From assembly GCA_009602725.1 (NCBI GenBank), contig WELB01000010.1, positions 1,201,585 through 1,265,584 of the forward strand: DNA of 64,000 nt, read 5' to 3'. Origin of the DNA: Spirogloea muscicola. Taxonomy: Eukaryota. A program made the translations under genes and the position numbers. A model generated the notes under the pieces. It ran no database searches. It saw only the letters and a program-made list of their open reading frames with translations, and was not told the origin of the DNA. This document shows positions 29,423 through 42,400 of the stretch, piece by piece; the first letter of the stretch is position 1; each line of letters starts with the position of its first letter.

Positions 29423-29531
29423 GGCCCGGCGACGGCAGCGGCAGCGGTGGCGGCCAGGCGAGCACCGCGCTGTTCGCGAAGGAGATGGAGCGCGTGGCCG
29501 CCAAGGAGGGCCTCCTCCTCGCCGTGAGCGC

Positions 29532-29562
<31 letters not shown>

Positions 29563-31649
29563 GCCTGCTGGCCCATATTCCTAAACCCTCCGCCGGGCCT
29601 CTGGCGATGAGGCTGCGGCGGCCGCCAGCGGAGCCCCGCACGCCACAACGTCCGCCCGACGCCTCCGCGCCGTCGCCGCTGCTGTCCCGCCGCCGCCGCC
29701 GCAGATCCAGGACGCCGGCGGCGTGGAGGCACTGGCGGCGGGCCGCGGCACCGACGCCGGCCGCCTAGTGGTTGCGGAGAAGATCCTCGCCCTCGAGCGC
29801 CTCAACCCCACGCCCCGCCCCACCACGTAAGGACGCCGCCGCCGCTGCGCTGCTGTACAATTCTCCGCCGTCTCATCCCGGGACTGATTTTTTCCTTAGC
29901 ACCGGTGAATGTGGGCGCGCCGTGGCTGATTCCCGAGCTCCGGCGCAGGTCGCCGCTGCTGGAGGGCCTGTGGGACTTCCAGTGGGCCGGGGCCACCAGC
30001 CCCGGCGTGCGCGCGGCCCGCATTCTCCTCCAGTCAGCTGCCGTCTAAACCCACCTCCAGACTGCTGCGACAACCAAATTTGACCTCTCAATCCCCAAAT
30101 TCGTAGTCTGGTGCTCTATCTGATTGACTACAAGCGAGATAACATATTGCTGAGAGTCCCTATCGTCTAGGGGTTAGGTCAAGTCCACCTTGCGTTGGCC
30201 CACAGATTGCTTTGTGCAGAGGAGTTATCTCGTCAATTGTTAGCTAATGACCCCCTTTGACGGTTGCAGACCTCAGTGATGGTGCCCATGTATTGGTGGC
30301 GGGCTGGTCTGCAGGCGATTCCCCTCGCCGCTGGCGAAGATTGACAGCCTCACTCTGGAGATTTTGGGCGGCGGCACCAAGGCCACGGCGGCGCTCAAGT
30401 TCTTCGACTCGGTGAGCTCCGTTCTCAAGCTCACTTAGCATCTTTAGAGCGCAGTGCCAGAGCTACATGTCCTGGAATGTGCGACATGGTTGAGTGCTTG
30501 AAATCTTTAGAGGGTGAGCAAGACCACTTTCATTGCGCAGGTGGAAGCAACCTTCACTCTGACGACCAGGCTTACTGTTGAAGGGCCGCTGAAGTGAGCA
30601 CTTCCCACCAAGCGCCCGCATCAGCTTGAACAGCTGTTAGACTGTTGCTGACGTGAATCTTGAGCAGCACCATGACAGCTCCGCGATCATAACGATGCGA
30701 CTCACTTCAAAGCACGCGCTACTCACGAGGACTGCTGTGCAGTTTCAGATGTCTAGACCATCTGCCATACATGGCATGTTGACATGACACTCAGGGTGTG
30801 AGTGTTGTGAGCGTCGCAGGCTGAAGGAGGAGTATGTGGAGGGCCTTCTGTCATCACCAAACGTCAGACAGGCGGACATCCCTGCAGGCCTCAAGGGCCT
30901 CTACGACCAGCTCTACTCTGCCGCGCAGCAGCTCCCACCTTCGGTCCGGGAGTCTCTGTCCCGAGGTGTCCGGCTGCCACTGAGTACGTTGCAAACTCTT
31001 CCAGACCTCTGTCTTGCCAGACCTCTAGCTTGTATGTGATGACAAACTTCATCATCGCATGTGGTGCAGCATAATCATTGCATCAATATTGTGTTCATTC
31101 CAGACAAAGCTGGTTTCAAGAGTTGTCACAACTACTTAATAGTGGGTTCCAAAACCTAAACCTAGGGTCTAGGAACTAGGATGCTTGTGCTGTACGCTGT
31201 AGCTAGATAGCTGAGGGTGACATCTGCTTGAGTTTGGGCAGACAATTTTTTCTCGCGAGGAGTGCTCGTTTCCTATCTTGATGACGAAATCCTGGTAGGT
31301 CCACTCCACTGAATAGTTGCCAGCTTTGCAGGCTGCGTTTTTGTGCATAGGCATTTCAGCAACCACTGCTACTTCACAATCACGTTGAGGCGACTTGTAC
31401 AGGCTGCCACTTGCCTTCTCAATAGTACATGGACCAAGAAGTCTCGTAATTGGTGCTGAGGGCAAATTCTGCTGCAGTCAAGGATGATGCTGGTCTACTG
31501 GGCACACTGAGCACTGGTAGCCTCGTGGGCTGCAGGTGGCACGCGATCAGTATGGTGTGCCAGACGTACTGAGGCGCTCTTTGATACCGGCCATTGATCG
31601 AATTGAGGACGAGTTCATCCCTTACTCGGTTGTCGAGGCGCAGCTTTGA
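29423..31649 (+). CDS. FBN7: Plastid lipid-associated fibrillin, FBN7/PGL34-type; 5' end lost in N-gap
   Basis: FAKEMERVAAKEGLLLA|IQDAGGVEAL...LERLNPTPRPTT|SPLLEGLWDFQW, LTVEGPL|LKEEYVEGLLSSP, SYLDDEIL|VARDQYGVPDVL. Confidence 0.9.
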
Positions 31650-32728
31650 TTCGCTACACTGAAGGACTGTCCTCTTCTGAAGCATGCTGAAGAAGATGTT
31701 TCAGCTACAATACCAGTCAGCTCCACAAGTTACACTCTTAGTGTGCTTGTATTTTGGAGTCCGCATTCCACTCCCATTCCTTGCCTGTGCAGGGCTTCAA
31801 CTTACCCTCACGATTTTGAGAAGGCTCCTCTGCCATAAATTTAAGATGCTTTGTCAGGGTGGCCCCTTTCAGCCACCACAGCACAGGACTTCGAATTTTT
31901 GTTACGCTGTAGCCAGCATCTGACACGTATACTGCACTCGTGGCCAGATTCATGAACCACTTCATTCAGCTGATGGAGTAACACTGCCAAGTCAATTGAG
32001 AACAAGCCTTTCTTGCCTTCGGATAGCCCATTCAGGACCTTAATTTGCCCTGCCTTGCTGAGTTTGCTTTCCGGGTGCACCATGTTTAGCCACCGACTTG
32101 TTGCTTTCTAAAGACGAGTTAGATTGTTACTCTCTTGCTTAGCCATCTAAAACAGCGGCACCCTTTGAGTGGCCAGGTTTTAGGCTGGGCAGATTTTGGG
32201 AGTCTAGATGGTTGAGGAGCTCCAGAATAGCTAATTGTTTGCCTCTTAGGTAGATGTGATAATGCAAGAGGACGATGACAACAACACAACCTCCACTTGA
32301 CTTTTTCAAATATTCACACTTCAATCTGATAATCTGAACCGTTTCAGTACAGCAGTTGCAGGCGAGCACATCTTGGATATGCACAAGGCAGTAGGTCTGT
32401 GGTCATCCTTGTCTGCGACTGTCTCCTCCAGGTTGAGAGTACAAGACATTGGTGTCTGACGCATGTCTCCTCTAGGTCGGGCAGATGGTAATGATACAGA
32501 ACCCTGGGCATCCACCAAGATGCAATCCCTGGGCAATCACCAAGAGTCATTGATATTTGGAGCCATCAATCCGGTGTACCTAGAGGAGAGCCAACAGAGC
32601 AGCCCAAATGAGACTGCTTACAATTCATCCCAGCCTTCATGAAATGGTTGCTTACACCTGACTGTACGACATTGTAAATCACAAAGTGGTAAGCCTCTGC
32701 CTGAATCATCTTTTTCCTGGGCCAATAT

Positions 32729-35700
32729 TCACGCGCCCTCTTCCATTGCCAATCTGTGCACTCGGACGCAGGTGGTGCTGCAATACTTATAGTGCAGCCT
32801 GTGAAATGGAGTCCTGCCGACCATTGACGCACTACAACAATCACATACTTTGCCCCCGCCGGTAAGCTGATGTGAGCTATCGCTCCTCTCTGACGCAGAG
32901 TCTGAACTGCCTGCTGCAGCCGCGGCTTGGCTGATGTGGCCACTGCCAGACGGCTGACCAGAGGGCAGCTCGAGCGCAGACAGCCTCCTCTCAGCGGCTG
33001 CGGCTCTCATGTCTCTTGCGTGCCTTTTCGCCTCATCCAAAGCCTGCTTGTTTAGCAAACCAATGAACACAGACAATCAGCGCTGAGCGAGTAAGAGTAG
33101 TCCAGAAGAACGACTATTTTCCACACTTGCAGTGAGCCCATGAGCCCACAATGATCACTCTGATACGCTTGCTAGCATGCTATAGCAGACTTGCAATTCA
33201 TCCAGCAGTTACCAGGCACGGCCCCCACCTTAGCAATGTCTTCTTTGTTCGCCACTGTCTTTGCCTTCCCATGCTGTACTACCTCCCTAGCAGCAGCCTC
33301 AGCAGCAGCTGCCTGCACCCAAAACAGGACCAAATATTGGTTGACATTCGTGTGTCAGCATGCCATGACGACATAACCTGGCACAGAGTAGGCTGGCTAT
33401 AAAAGCCCTCCTCCACAGGGTCCACCACTGCTGGCCCCAAAGCCAGCAGTGGTCCATGCATTGGGTCAGTGCTAGTCTTGGAGAGCAAAGCCAGGAGAGA
33501 AATCCCACCACGACAAAAAGCAGTTGCGATCTCAACATACACACGCCTGCAAAAGATGTCAGATCCAAACTGTCTGCCAGCTGTGCTCACAACCACAATC
33601 AATCAGATTGGCAGTCTTACCTTGCAGGCCTTCTCGTGTGCTTGCCTCTCCTTCTTGCGCTCCTTCTCTATTGCCCTCCTCTTGCCATCCTTCTCCGCCT
33701 GCATAAAGAGGACAGGATGCAACATTTGGCAGTCTCATCAATACCTGTAACCAGATAACCAAGACTTAACAAGGATAAGACTCTGACCAGGCCAGCATTT
33801 GCCATTGACAGCGCAATTGATTGGTTGCTTGCTAGCTTATCAGCTTTTAGCTCCCTGAAACTAATACCTTCTTTGCAGCCTGTGCAGCCTCCTGCTCCTC
33901 AGTCAACGGGCTCGGGATGTCGGCAGCATGCCAGTCCCACTTGCCCTCATTGGCTGCCATGAACCTTCGAAACACGTTCCGCACAGCCTTCTCCAGAGCA
34001 ACCACATACGGCGTCCGGCCTCGAGCGTCATGCACAGTAGGGTCTGCTCCCTCCTCCAAGAGCGAGGCAACAAGGACCTCGTTTCCTGCAAGCAGCCATA
34101 AGCTGCTGATGGCAGGTCAGCGGAGCTCCTAGCAGGACTAGATGTGACGATTGCAGCAAGAGTTGACCTTAACTGGACCTCTAAGCGACTCCCAAGCTTC
34201 AGCACTGACCTTCTGCAGCTGCTCGGTGAAGAGGCGATGCCTCCTCTGGAGTCCCGGCCTCCTCGACCGCAGCAGTGGAAGGAGCCACTGCACTGTCAGC
34301 ATGGCCCTGGTCCCGTGCTCTTGACTTGCGCAGCGCTTGCTTGAGCTGCTCCGCCCTCCCGGCAAGAGCAGCCCTGGCGCAAGCATTGGCGCTTTGCCTC
34401 TCTCTGTCAAGAGCTGCCAGGCCGTCCACGTCGAACTCCACCCTGGCGAGGGCCTCTGCGACCCTCTTGGCCTCCTTCAAGGTGGGCCTCCGGACGGTGA
34501 ATGGCACAGGCCTCAGGCGCGGGTCAGCTTTGGCTAATGGCGGCCTATCGCCACCAAACAGCACGCGCCCATTTGACGAGGGAGCGTGCACGAAGATGAG
34601 CATCGATGCAGTCAGGTGTGCCTGCCAAGAGTGCAAGAATTCCAGTATTTCCTGTCAAAGAGGCAGCGGTGAGTAGAAGTTTTTTAGTATGTAACAAGTC
34701 AACAAAAAAGTAAGACAATTGCTACCCTGCATAGCACAAGATCGAAGAAAACAAATCTTGGGTCCAAATGAGAGTACCATGGCAGGACAACAAAGAGATT
34801 CAATTTAATATAGTGAAACAGCGTGAGGTCAAGAGAATTTGACTGTTCCAATCGTCTTGAGGAAGTATTCCTGGTTGTGACAAGTATCTAAAGATGGAGA
34901 ACCAAAACAACCTTCTCTAGAGCAGCTTCATTGTAGCGACGCAAGGAAGATCCTGCCGACTTGATGGATTTCCCCATGGCGTCCTTGGCTGATTGTCGAC
35001 CTCCAGCCTTTGCTCGCACAACGTATCTGAAAGTGACATACACAGCAAAAGGCACCCCTCATGACTGCTCTGACATTGTACGGGAACTTCCTTTGCAGCG
35101 CTGGACAGGCTGTAGGGAGCTAGCTCCACCAGGAACCTCAATTAATATGCAGCAAACATTAGGTGTACCTGCCGCTGCAAAGCATGCAGACCTAAATAGA
35201 TGCATGAATTTGGAAGTGATCTTATCTCAGCAACGAGAAAAGATAACTTCAAGTACAATACTATTGGAATGCTAAAACAACAGTCTTCAGAGTAATAGTT
35301 TGTGACCTCAAGAACTTAGCCCCCGTACTCTCCTGACCCACTAGCACTAAGAGCACTGAGTAAGACAAAGCACGTTCCGCCACAATCCTGAACCATGACT
35401 ATCTATGCCAGTTGCACTTATTTAGAAGTGTGCTTCTCGCATTGACAAACCACAGTGCCCATACCAAGACTTCCCCATGTCTTTGTGCTGAAGAGATGTT
35501 GCATCATCCAGGCCCTCACCTAGGCTACCACCGCAGTGACCTGGCGTGGTGTCATTGTGACCGAGCACGAACCGGTGGAATGTCTGATGCGCAACCACTC
35601 CACCGCCAGCAGGGTCCATGACGACGGCTGCGAAGTGACCACCGGTAGATAGAAGCACAGTCCAAAGGCGACCGCTTGCATTCCCACCGGCTTTCGTGCT

Positions 35701-37252
35701 GTCTGTAAGCAAGCGCAACCTCTGCAGCATTTCCTCCTCCATCACATCCTCCTTGGGCCCTGCGCACCGTGCGGCTGGTCATTTCGGAAGAACAATGCAC
35801 TCAACGAGGAGTATGTACGGGCATTGAAAGAATGTACAGGCTTGGTGAGCACTCAGGAGGAGCAGAACATCAAGTGAAACTGGATTTGTATTTGGAATCA
35901 ACAAACATGAATGGCATCAAAAAGCATCACAAAGCAGGAGAATGAAGCAAGGGTTAGTGCAAAGATTGGAGGCCAGGAACTAGAGTCTATTTGAGGTATG
36001 AAGACTCTAGCTCAGAAAGCAGGCTCGAAAATTTGACTCGACGTAATGCAGGTGCTCAGCTTGCGCAGGTTAAAGCTGCAGCCGAGCACAATTAGCCGCG
36101 CTCACCAGCGAGCAAGACCCGTGAGATAGCAAAGGGCTGTCCAGAGTTGCGCAGCACGAAGAAGACGTGCGACTTCTTGGAGCTGATGGGCGCCACGCCC
36201 ATGCTGTCATGGGCCTCGTCGCCTGACAGTTCGCCCTCCGAGCCCGAGATGCTGGAGACATCGCTGTTGTCCAGCCCTGCTGGCCGCTTTGCCGCAGCAT
36301 GTGAGACGAGCTCCTCAAATTCGTCCTCTGACAGGGGCCGCTTCTGCGCCAGCCGGCGCTTGACCTGCATCAAGTGCAGCAGCGCTAGAAACAACATGAA
36401 GCCAAACCCTTAAAGTGTAACCCTAAACCCTTAAAGCCCTCGTTCAAATTCCATATTTTGAAGTCAACCCTAAACCATCAAAGCCCTGATTCTTTACTGG
36501 CAAATTGCACAAAGTAGAAGGCGAAATCTATCACGCCAAGGCCTAGAGCGTGAAGCATCAAGCCTCTCCCTTACTCATGCTCTCTGGTTTATACTAGTGT
36601 TATTCTGCTTCATCGTAGTACCAACTTCAATCGAGGAACATCGCCAGCTGAAGACCAACTTGTGAAGCTTGTCTTGACACAATTGACACTAGTCGCTGTC
36701 AACAGCGACTAGTGCTTGGTAATGAGGTGATGAGGGGCCTCTCTATCTGTGAGAGTGAGCTGAGCGATCTGCCGCCTTTGACAGGGACAGCCTGACCGAC
36801 CAAACCCCACAGCTTGGGTCCCAGAGGACGTCTCTGGCAATCGGCCAGCGGCACAAGGACTAGCGGGCGCAGTGACACGCCAGAACGACGGCGCGGTGAG
36901 GCAAAGGGCAGCTCACATTGAGGCGGTGCCAGTCAGTGCGGAAGTGCGCGCGCTGCTCCGCAGCGGCGGCGAAGGCTGCCCCGCAGGCGTGGCAGGTCAG
37001 ACGCTGCGCAGACGGCGGGGCCCCCTCGGAGCCGCCGCCACCGACGGCGGCGACGAAGCCTGCGGCGAGAACGGCCTCGGGCGGCGGCGCCGGAGGAGGC
37101 ACCGCCGCTTCCGCTCCCGGCGGCGCTGCAGGCGGCGATGGCGATGCCTGCTCGCTCCGCCAGAGCTCCGCGCCTTCAAAGAACCGCGCCGGGAGGCGGA
37201 AGATGCTGTCTGGGCCCGGCGCCAGCGGCCGCGCCGGCGGCGCGGCCGCCAT
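32729..37252 (-). CDS. ANKZF1: ANKZF1/Vms1 (C2H2 zinc finger, VLRF1 domain, ankyrin, coiled-coil, C-terminal CCCC zinc finger)
   Basis: CHACG...QRAHFRTDWHRLNVKR, SSISGSE, GGHFAAVV, HQTFHR|YVVRAKAGGRQSAKD...SAGSSLRRYNEAAL, VPFTVRRPTLKEAKR, LEEGADPT...WDWHAADIPSPL, CDCC...PFHRLHYKYCSTTCVRVH. Confidence 0.94.
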
Positions 37253-38056
37253 AGCCGGCCACCGGGGCAGCGCTTGGCGGCGGTGCCGGCGGCGGCGGCG
37301 GCGGCGGCGGCGGCAGCGGCACTCGCAAGCTAACGTGAAGCTAGCTGACTTGTCGGGGGCTGGTTTTAGCAACAACTTAGCGGCACAACTTAGGGGTCGG
37401 GGCCAGAGCGGCAGCCCTCCCTCCCAGGCGGCCACGTGGGCTCCCCCAGGACAGGCGGGGGGTGGGGCGCCTTCCTGGCCGCAAGACTGGGCGTTACTCA
37501 AAATGGCCGCTAGGGCCTCGCGGTCTGACCCGTCGATGCCGGCAGGCATCGGACGGCAAGGAAGCACGTGTGAGAAGGTGGGGGGGGGGCCCTTACTGGC
37601 CGCTCGTTGATCACCATCGACGGGTGCTATGTCGTTGGGATTTCCGTCGTCGATACAGCGCATCGAACGGCGAGGAAGGGGGTTGCGGGCGGGTGGGGTG
37701 CGCTTTTTCCAGCCGCTTCCTTGGACGGGAGGGGGTGTGCGCCGCCGCCACGCGGCGCTCGCGGGGCCGCGGGCGACGAGCGGGCCTTGCGACCCGCCGC
37801 CGTGCGACGCGGTGCGACGCCGCGTGACGGCTCCGCCCGCCGACGACTCGCTCGCTAGCTTCCCGGCCAGGCTTTCCCGCCTGCCCCCCGCCTGCCCTCG
37901 CGATTTAAATCGACCGCTTGTGCTCGGCAGCTTTGCGCGGCCCGCATTCGACGACCGATTTGCCACAAGAAACCCTCCCCCCTCCACGACTTTGCGGCGC
38001 AACCCCTGCGACCGCCCCCCCATTCCTCCCCCACCCCCGCTTCATACCCTAGCCCG

Positions 38057-38087
<31 letters not shown>

Positions 38088-38754
38088 CGCTCTGCCCTCA
38101 CCGCCGGCCCGCACCGCGTCTCCTGCCTCGCACCCTTCGTTGTAGCCGCAGCGCACGCTGAGGAACCAACCCCCGCGTGCCAAAGTGAGTCATACAACCC
38201 ACTGCTCTGCCGGCTGTTCGGCGTCTGTGTGCTTCTGATACACGGCAGTCGAGGACTGTCTGAGAGTGGGTTGATTCGCCGCTTCGCTCCGGCAGTCTTT
38301 GACTCCATGTGCACACCTTTGTCGCTGTGCGCTGCTATTGCGCACAGCGCTTATCAAGTTGCTGTGCTGCTAGGTGACAGGAGCAGGTCATTGCTGAGCA
38401 ATAACCTGCTCACAGTCTAAGTTGCAGGATAGTTGTCATAAGTACTATAATCAGCAAGCGCTGAGCTTTTCCTTTAGGACGTCGTGGTCACTCTTTAGCC
38501 TTTGCAACTGCGTCAGATTGTCAAAATTGTTTGCAGTACCTACTTTGGCCTTGTCATGAGCCCCTCAGCTTGAGCAGTTGCGCGTCTTGGATGTGCATCT
38601 TGTGACCTCTCCTTGTCATGCACCATTGATATTGTCAAACATGCATGAGTCCTTGTGGTTTGACCGTCACTGTCGCAGGTCAATATGTATAAGTGGACTT
38701 GTCATGCTCTCTGACTATCTTGCCCGTTTGATACTCTTTGACAACAGGAACTGA

Positions 38755-38763
38755 ATGACCTAA
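38755..38763 (+). promoter_or_regulatory. 'Tiny' uORF (ATG ACC TAA) of the SAMDC leader, overlapping the small uORF start by 1 nt (TAATG)
   Basis: gaATGACCTAATGGAG: the last A of TAA is the A of the small uORF ATG, matching the known plant AdoMetDC tiny/small uORF arrangement. A leader-intron acceptor (acaacag) ends at 38747. Confidence 0.9.
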
Positions 38764-39313
38764 TGGAGTCAGTTTCAAGCGAAAAGGACTCTAGTAGCAG
38801 TAGTTCCATGCAGTACGAGCTGCCTCTTGGGTATGTCATTGAGGACGTACGCCCTGACGGAGGAGTAGACATCTTCCGTTCGGCTGCTTACAGCAACGTA
38901 AGCTGTCCTCACACTGCTGTGCATGTATGCTATTTGAGTAGGCTGATAGATCCATTAGCTGCTACATAAGCAATTGTAAGAGATAGTTGAGAAGCATGAG
39001 ATGCAGCTGTTATGGTTGAGAAGCATGAGATGCAGCTGTTGTAGGCGTCTCACCTAGGAGTGGTCATGTACTTTAGTATCTGATGTTCTTGCATGATACT
39101 CTTGCTCATGGAGTCAGTTTTAAGACTTGCCACTGTTGCAAGTTGACAAGCTGTTGTGCTGGTGGTAAATCTGTTTTGGGCGTGGGTGGTCATGGCGCAT
39201 GATGCTTTGTCTGCACAATCATAGTCAGGAGAAGCTGAGTGACAGAGCCTTATACATGTTCTTGCTAACAACGTGTCTTCATTCACTTGCAGTGCGTCCG
39301 CAAGCCATCCTGA
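38763..39313 (+). CDS. Conserved SAMDC 'small' uORF peptide (51 aa, 2 exons)
   Basis: MESVSSEKDSSSSSSMQYELPLGYVIEDVRPDGGVDIFRSAAYSN|CVRKPS*. Intron 38898-39292 (GT-AG). Matches the plant AdoMetDC leader peptide (YEAPLGYxIEDVRPxGG...AYSNC.RKPS). Confidence 0.95.
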
Positions 39314-39413
39314 TATCCAGCTAGTGGTGTAAAACTTCTTGCTCACGTGCCGAGGGCATACCTAGGCGCCCCCCCTCCCACACCTGTGGGGTCCTCCATT
39401 TGCTGCCTCAGAT

Positions 39414-42400
39414 ATGGGGATCCTATCACAGCAGGACGTGGAGGGGGGCGCTGCTCATGCGCCATGCTCGCTACCCTGCTTCGGCTTTGAGGGCTTTGAG
39501 AAGCGGTTGGAAGTGGAGTTTTCTCCTGCGCCCTTCTTGAGCAACAACAATAAGGCCGGCCTGCGGGCGCTGTCTCGCGCAGCCATTGATGGCTTCCTCG
39601 CGGCTGCTGAGTGCACCATCGTCTCGCAGCTTTCCAACGATCTCATGGACTCGTATGTCCTTTCTGAGTCCAGCCTCTTCATCTACCCTCACCGGGTCAT
39701 TGTCAAGACCTGCGGCACCACACGGCTTCTGCAGAGCATCCCATTGCTGCTGGAGAGTGCAGCGGACTTGGGCATGGCGGCCATGCGATGCAAGTATACG
39801 CGCGGCTCCTTCCATTTTCCCGAGGCGCAGCCATATGGTGGCAATTTTGCAGAGGAGGTGAAGGTCCTGGAGGAGCATTTTGGCCACTTGGGGTCCGGTG
39901 GTCAATCATATGTGCTGGGGAACACACTTCAGTTTCCCAATTGGCATGTGTATGAGGTCAGTGCTGAGCAGGCGGCAGGCTGCAAGCCCCTGTACACCTT
40001 GGAGATTTGCATGACCAAGCTGGACCGCAAAGTGGCCAGCCAATTCTACCAGGGTGCAGGCTATGACTCCCCGGCGGCACTCACCAAGGCCTCGGGGATT
40101 AGGGACCTGCTCCCACTATCGGACATCAACGACTACTGCTTCGAGCCCTGCGGTTACTCCATGAATTCGATCGAGCAGGCGTCTCACTCAACCATCCACA
40201 TCACGCCCGAAGAAGCATTCAGCTATGCTAGCTTCGAGACCCAGGGGTACGATGCGGAGAATGTGCAGCTGGGGAAACTTGTCAAGCAGGTGGCTGAAAC
40301 TTTCAAGCCGGACTGCTTCTCGGTGGCCTTGCATGCTGCTGGCCTTTCCAGTACCACAGTCAAGGGTGCCTCCTGGGCCAAAGCTGTTCCTGTTCCTGAG
40401 CCCTATGTGTGTGATGGGACTAGCCGGCAAGATTTACCTTGTGGAAGTGCCGTGGTCTTTCACAACTTCAAGCTGCGCAAGTTAGTGGAAGCAGGGCAAG
40501 AGTGTGTGCCACTGTCTTTGGCCCTCCCAGAGCCACTGTCTTTGAAGTCATTGCCACAGCCTACTGAGCCGTTCGGTAAGTCTATGAAATATGGCTGTGT
40601 TGTGCGAACGTTTGTATATGAAATCGAGGCCATAGTTGTTGCTGATTCTTTCTGGCTTTGTGCTTTACTTGTTTCTCCTACTTGTTACTTTGAGCAATTT
40701 GTTATCCTATTACCCTTCTATTTAGCTATACGCAATCCCGTCAGCCTCAATAGTTCTTTCTGTGTATAAGCAGTAGGCAGTCTATTCTCATGTGACAGTT
40801 GGTCGTGCGCTCTTCTCTTCTTTATGTGGCTTAGCTTGGCATGCCACCTTTTGATTTCTAATTGGGCCACACTTACTTCGTCACTCATGTCTTGTTGCCT
40901 TTGCAGGTAAAGCCAGGTTTGATGCGATTGGCTCAACCTTGACTGACATGGACTCGTACGTACGAGCCGTCGTGAAATCAACCAATTCCGAGGATGCATT
41001 CTACGTGCTGGACATTGGCCTGCTGGTCCGCCTGTACCACCAGTGGCAGGAGGCTCTACCGCGCGTGCAGCCCTTCTACGCAGTCAAGTGCAACCAGGAC
41101 GCAACACTCCTTGCCGTCCTAGCATCGCTGGGTTCCGGGTTTGATGTTGCCAGCAAGGCAGAGATGGCAGCTGTGATGGCTATGGGTGTGCAGCAGGGCA
41201 ACATCATCTACGCCAATCCCTGCAAGCTCCCCTCCCACATTGAGGAGGCTCAGGATAGGGGCATACGCCTGACAACATTTGACAGTGAGGACGAGCTCTA
41301 CAAGCTGAAGAAGATCTACCCCGAAGCCCATGTAGTGCTGCGCCTGCGGGCCGACGACCTGAATGCACGCTGTCCCCTGGGGACGAAGTACGGGGCAAAC
41401 ATGGATGAATGTCAGGGGCTCCTTGCCGTGGCAGCCTCTCTGGGCCTGCATGTTGCTGGGGTCGCCTTCCACGTCGGCTCGGGAGCATCTGATGGTCGCT
41501 CGTATTTTGATGCCATTGCTGCTACCAAGGACATCTTTGATATGGCTGAAAGCATGGGCCTTCCCAAGATGACCATTCTGGATATTGGCGGAGGCTTTAC
41601 CTCAGCTGGCGGCCACGGAGCAAGCTTTGAGAATGCCGCTGCTGCTATAAATGAAGCACTTGAGAAGTTCTTCCCTGAAGATACGGGAGTGAAGGTGAGC
41701 AAGTCAGCAGTTTTTGCAGTCAGAATCTTTGGTCTACGTGTTTGAATGTATCATGGTATGTGGTTTGCTTATTTAGCACTAAACCTGCTGTTTGTTGACA
41801 AATCACATTCTCTGGCCTTTGCAGGTGATTGCAGAGCCAGGCCGTTACTTCGCTGAGGCACCAATTACTCTGGCAGCACAAGTTTTTGGCCGCCGCATGC
41901 GGGGCAGGTCCCATGCTCGCTCCGCCGAGTACTGGATCAACGACGGGATCTATGGGTCCATGAACTGCTTGCTCTACGACCATGCTGAGTTGACAGTCAG
42001 GCCCCTGCAGTGTGCTGCCGTGCTCTCGGCTGCACCTGCACCACCCATCAAGTCCACCATATTCGGGCCAACCTGCGACGGCCTTGATACGGTGTTGCGG
42101 GATGTGTGGTTGCCGCAGCTTGAGTGCGGTGACTGGCTTGTGTTCCCTCGTATGGGCGCATACACAAAGGCCGCAGGATCAAGCTTCAACGGTTTCAACA
42201 CAGCCGATATTCGCACCATGTACGTCTACTCGGAGGAGCAGGGCAGTGATGATGAGGCAGCAGAAACGTGCGAGTCAGATAGCGAGGGGACAACAGATGA
42301 TGATGATGACTGTCGCGCAGGACTGAGTGATGATGCGAACCCATCAGATTCATCGCATGCAGTGGGGCTATCTGCGTACCATGCTGGCAGCAGCAGCGAG

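Noticed and set aside
28688..29768. Long ORFs in the track spanning N-gaps (also at 10627-11929, 14414-15067, 17915-19414, 23724-25104)
   Set aside because: Their length is inflated by Ns and GC-rich stop-poor sequence. Only segments with recognisable motifs were annotated.
37253..38420. Long overlapping ORFs between ANKZF1 and the SAMDC leader
   Set aside because: This is a GC-rich divergent promoter/5' UTR region with low-complexity Arg/Pro/Ala translations.
40576..40769. Hydrophobic C-terminal extension of the 451-aa SAMDC ORF as a membrane anchor
   Set aside because: It is T-rich sequence beginning at a consensus GTAAGT donor and is better explained as intron read-through.
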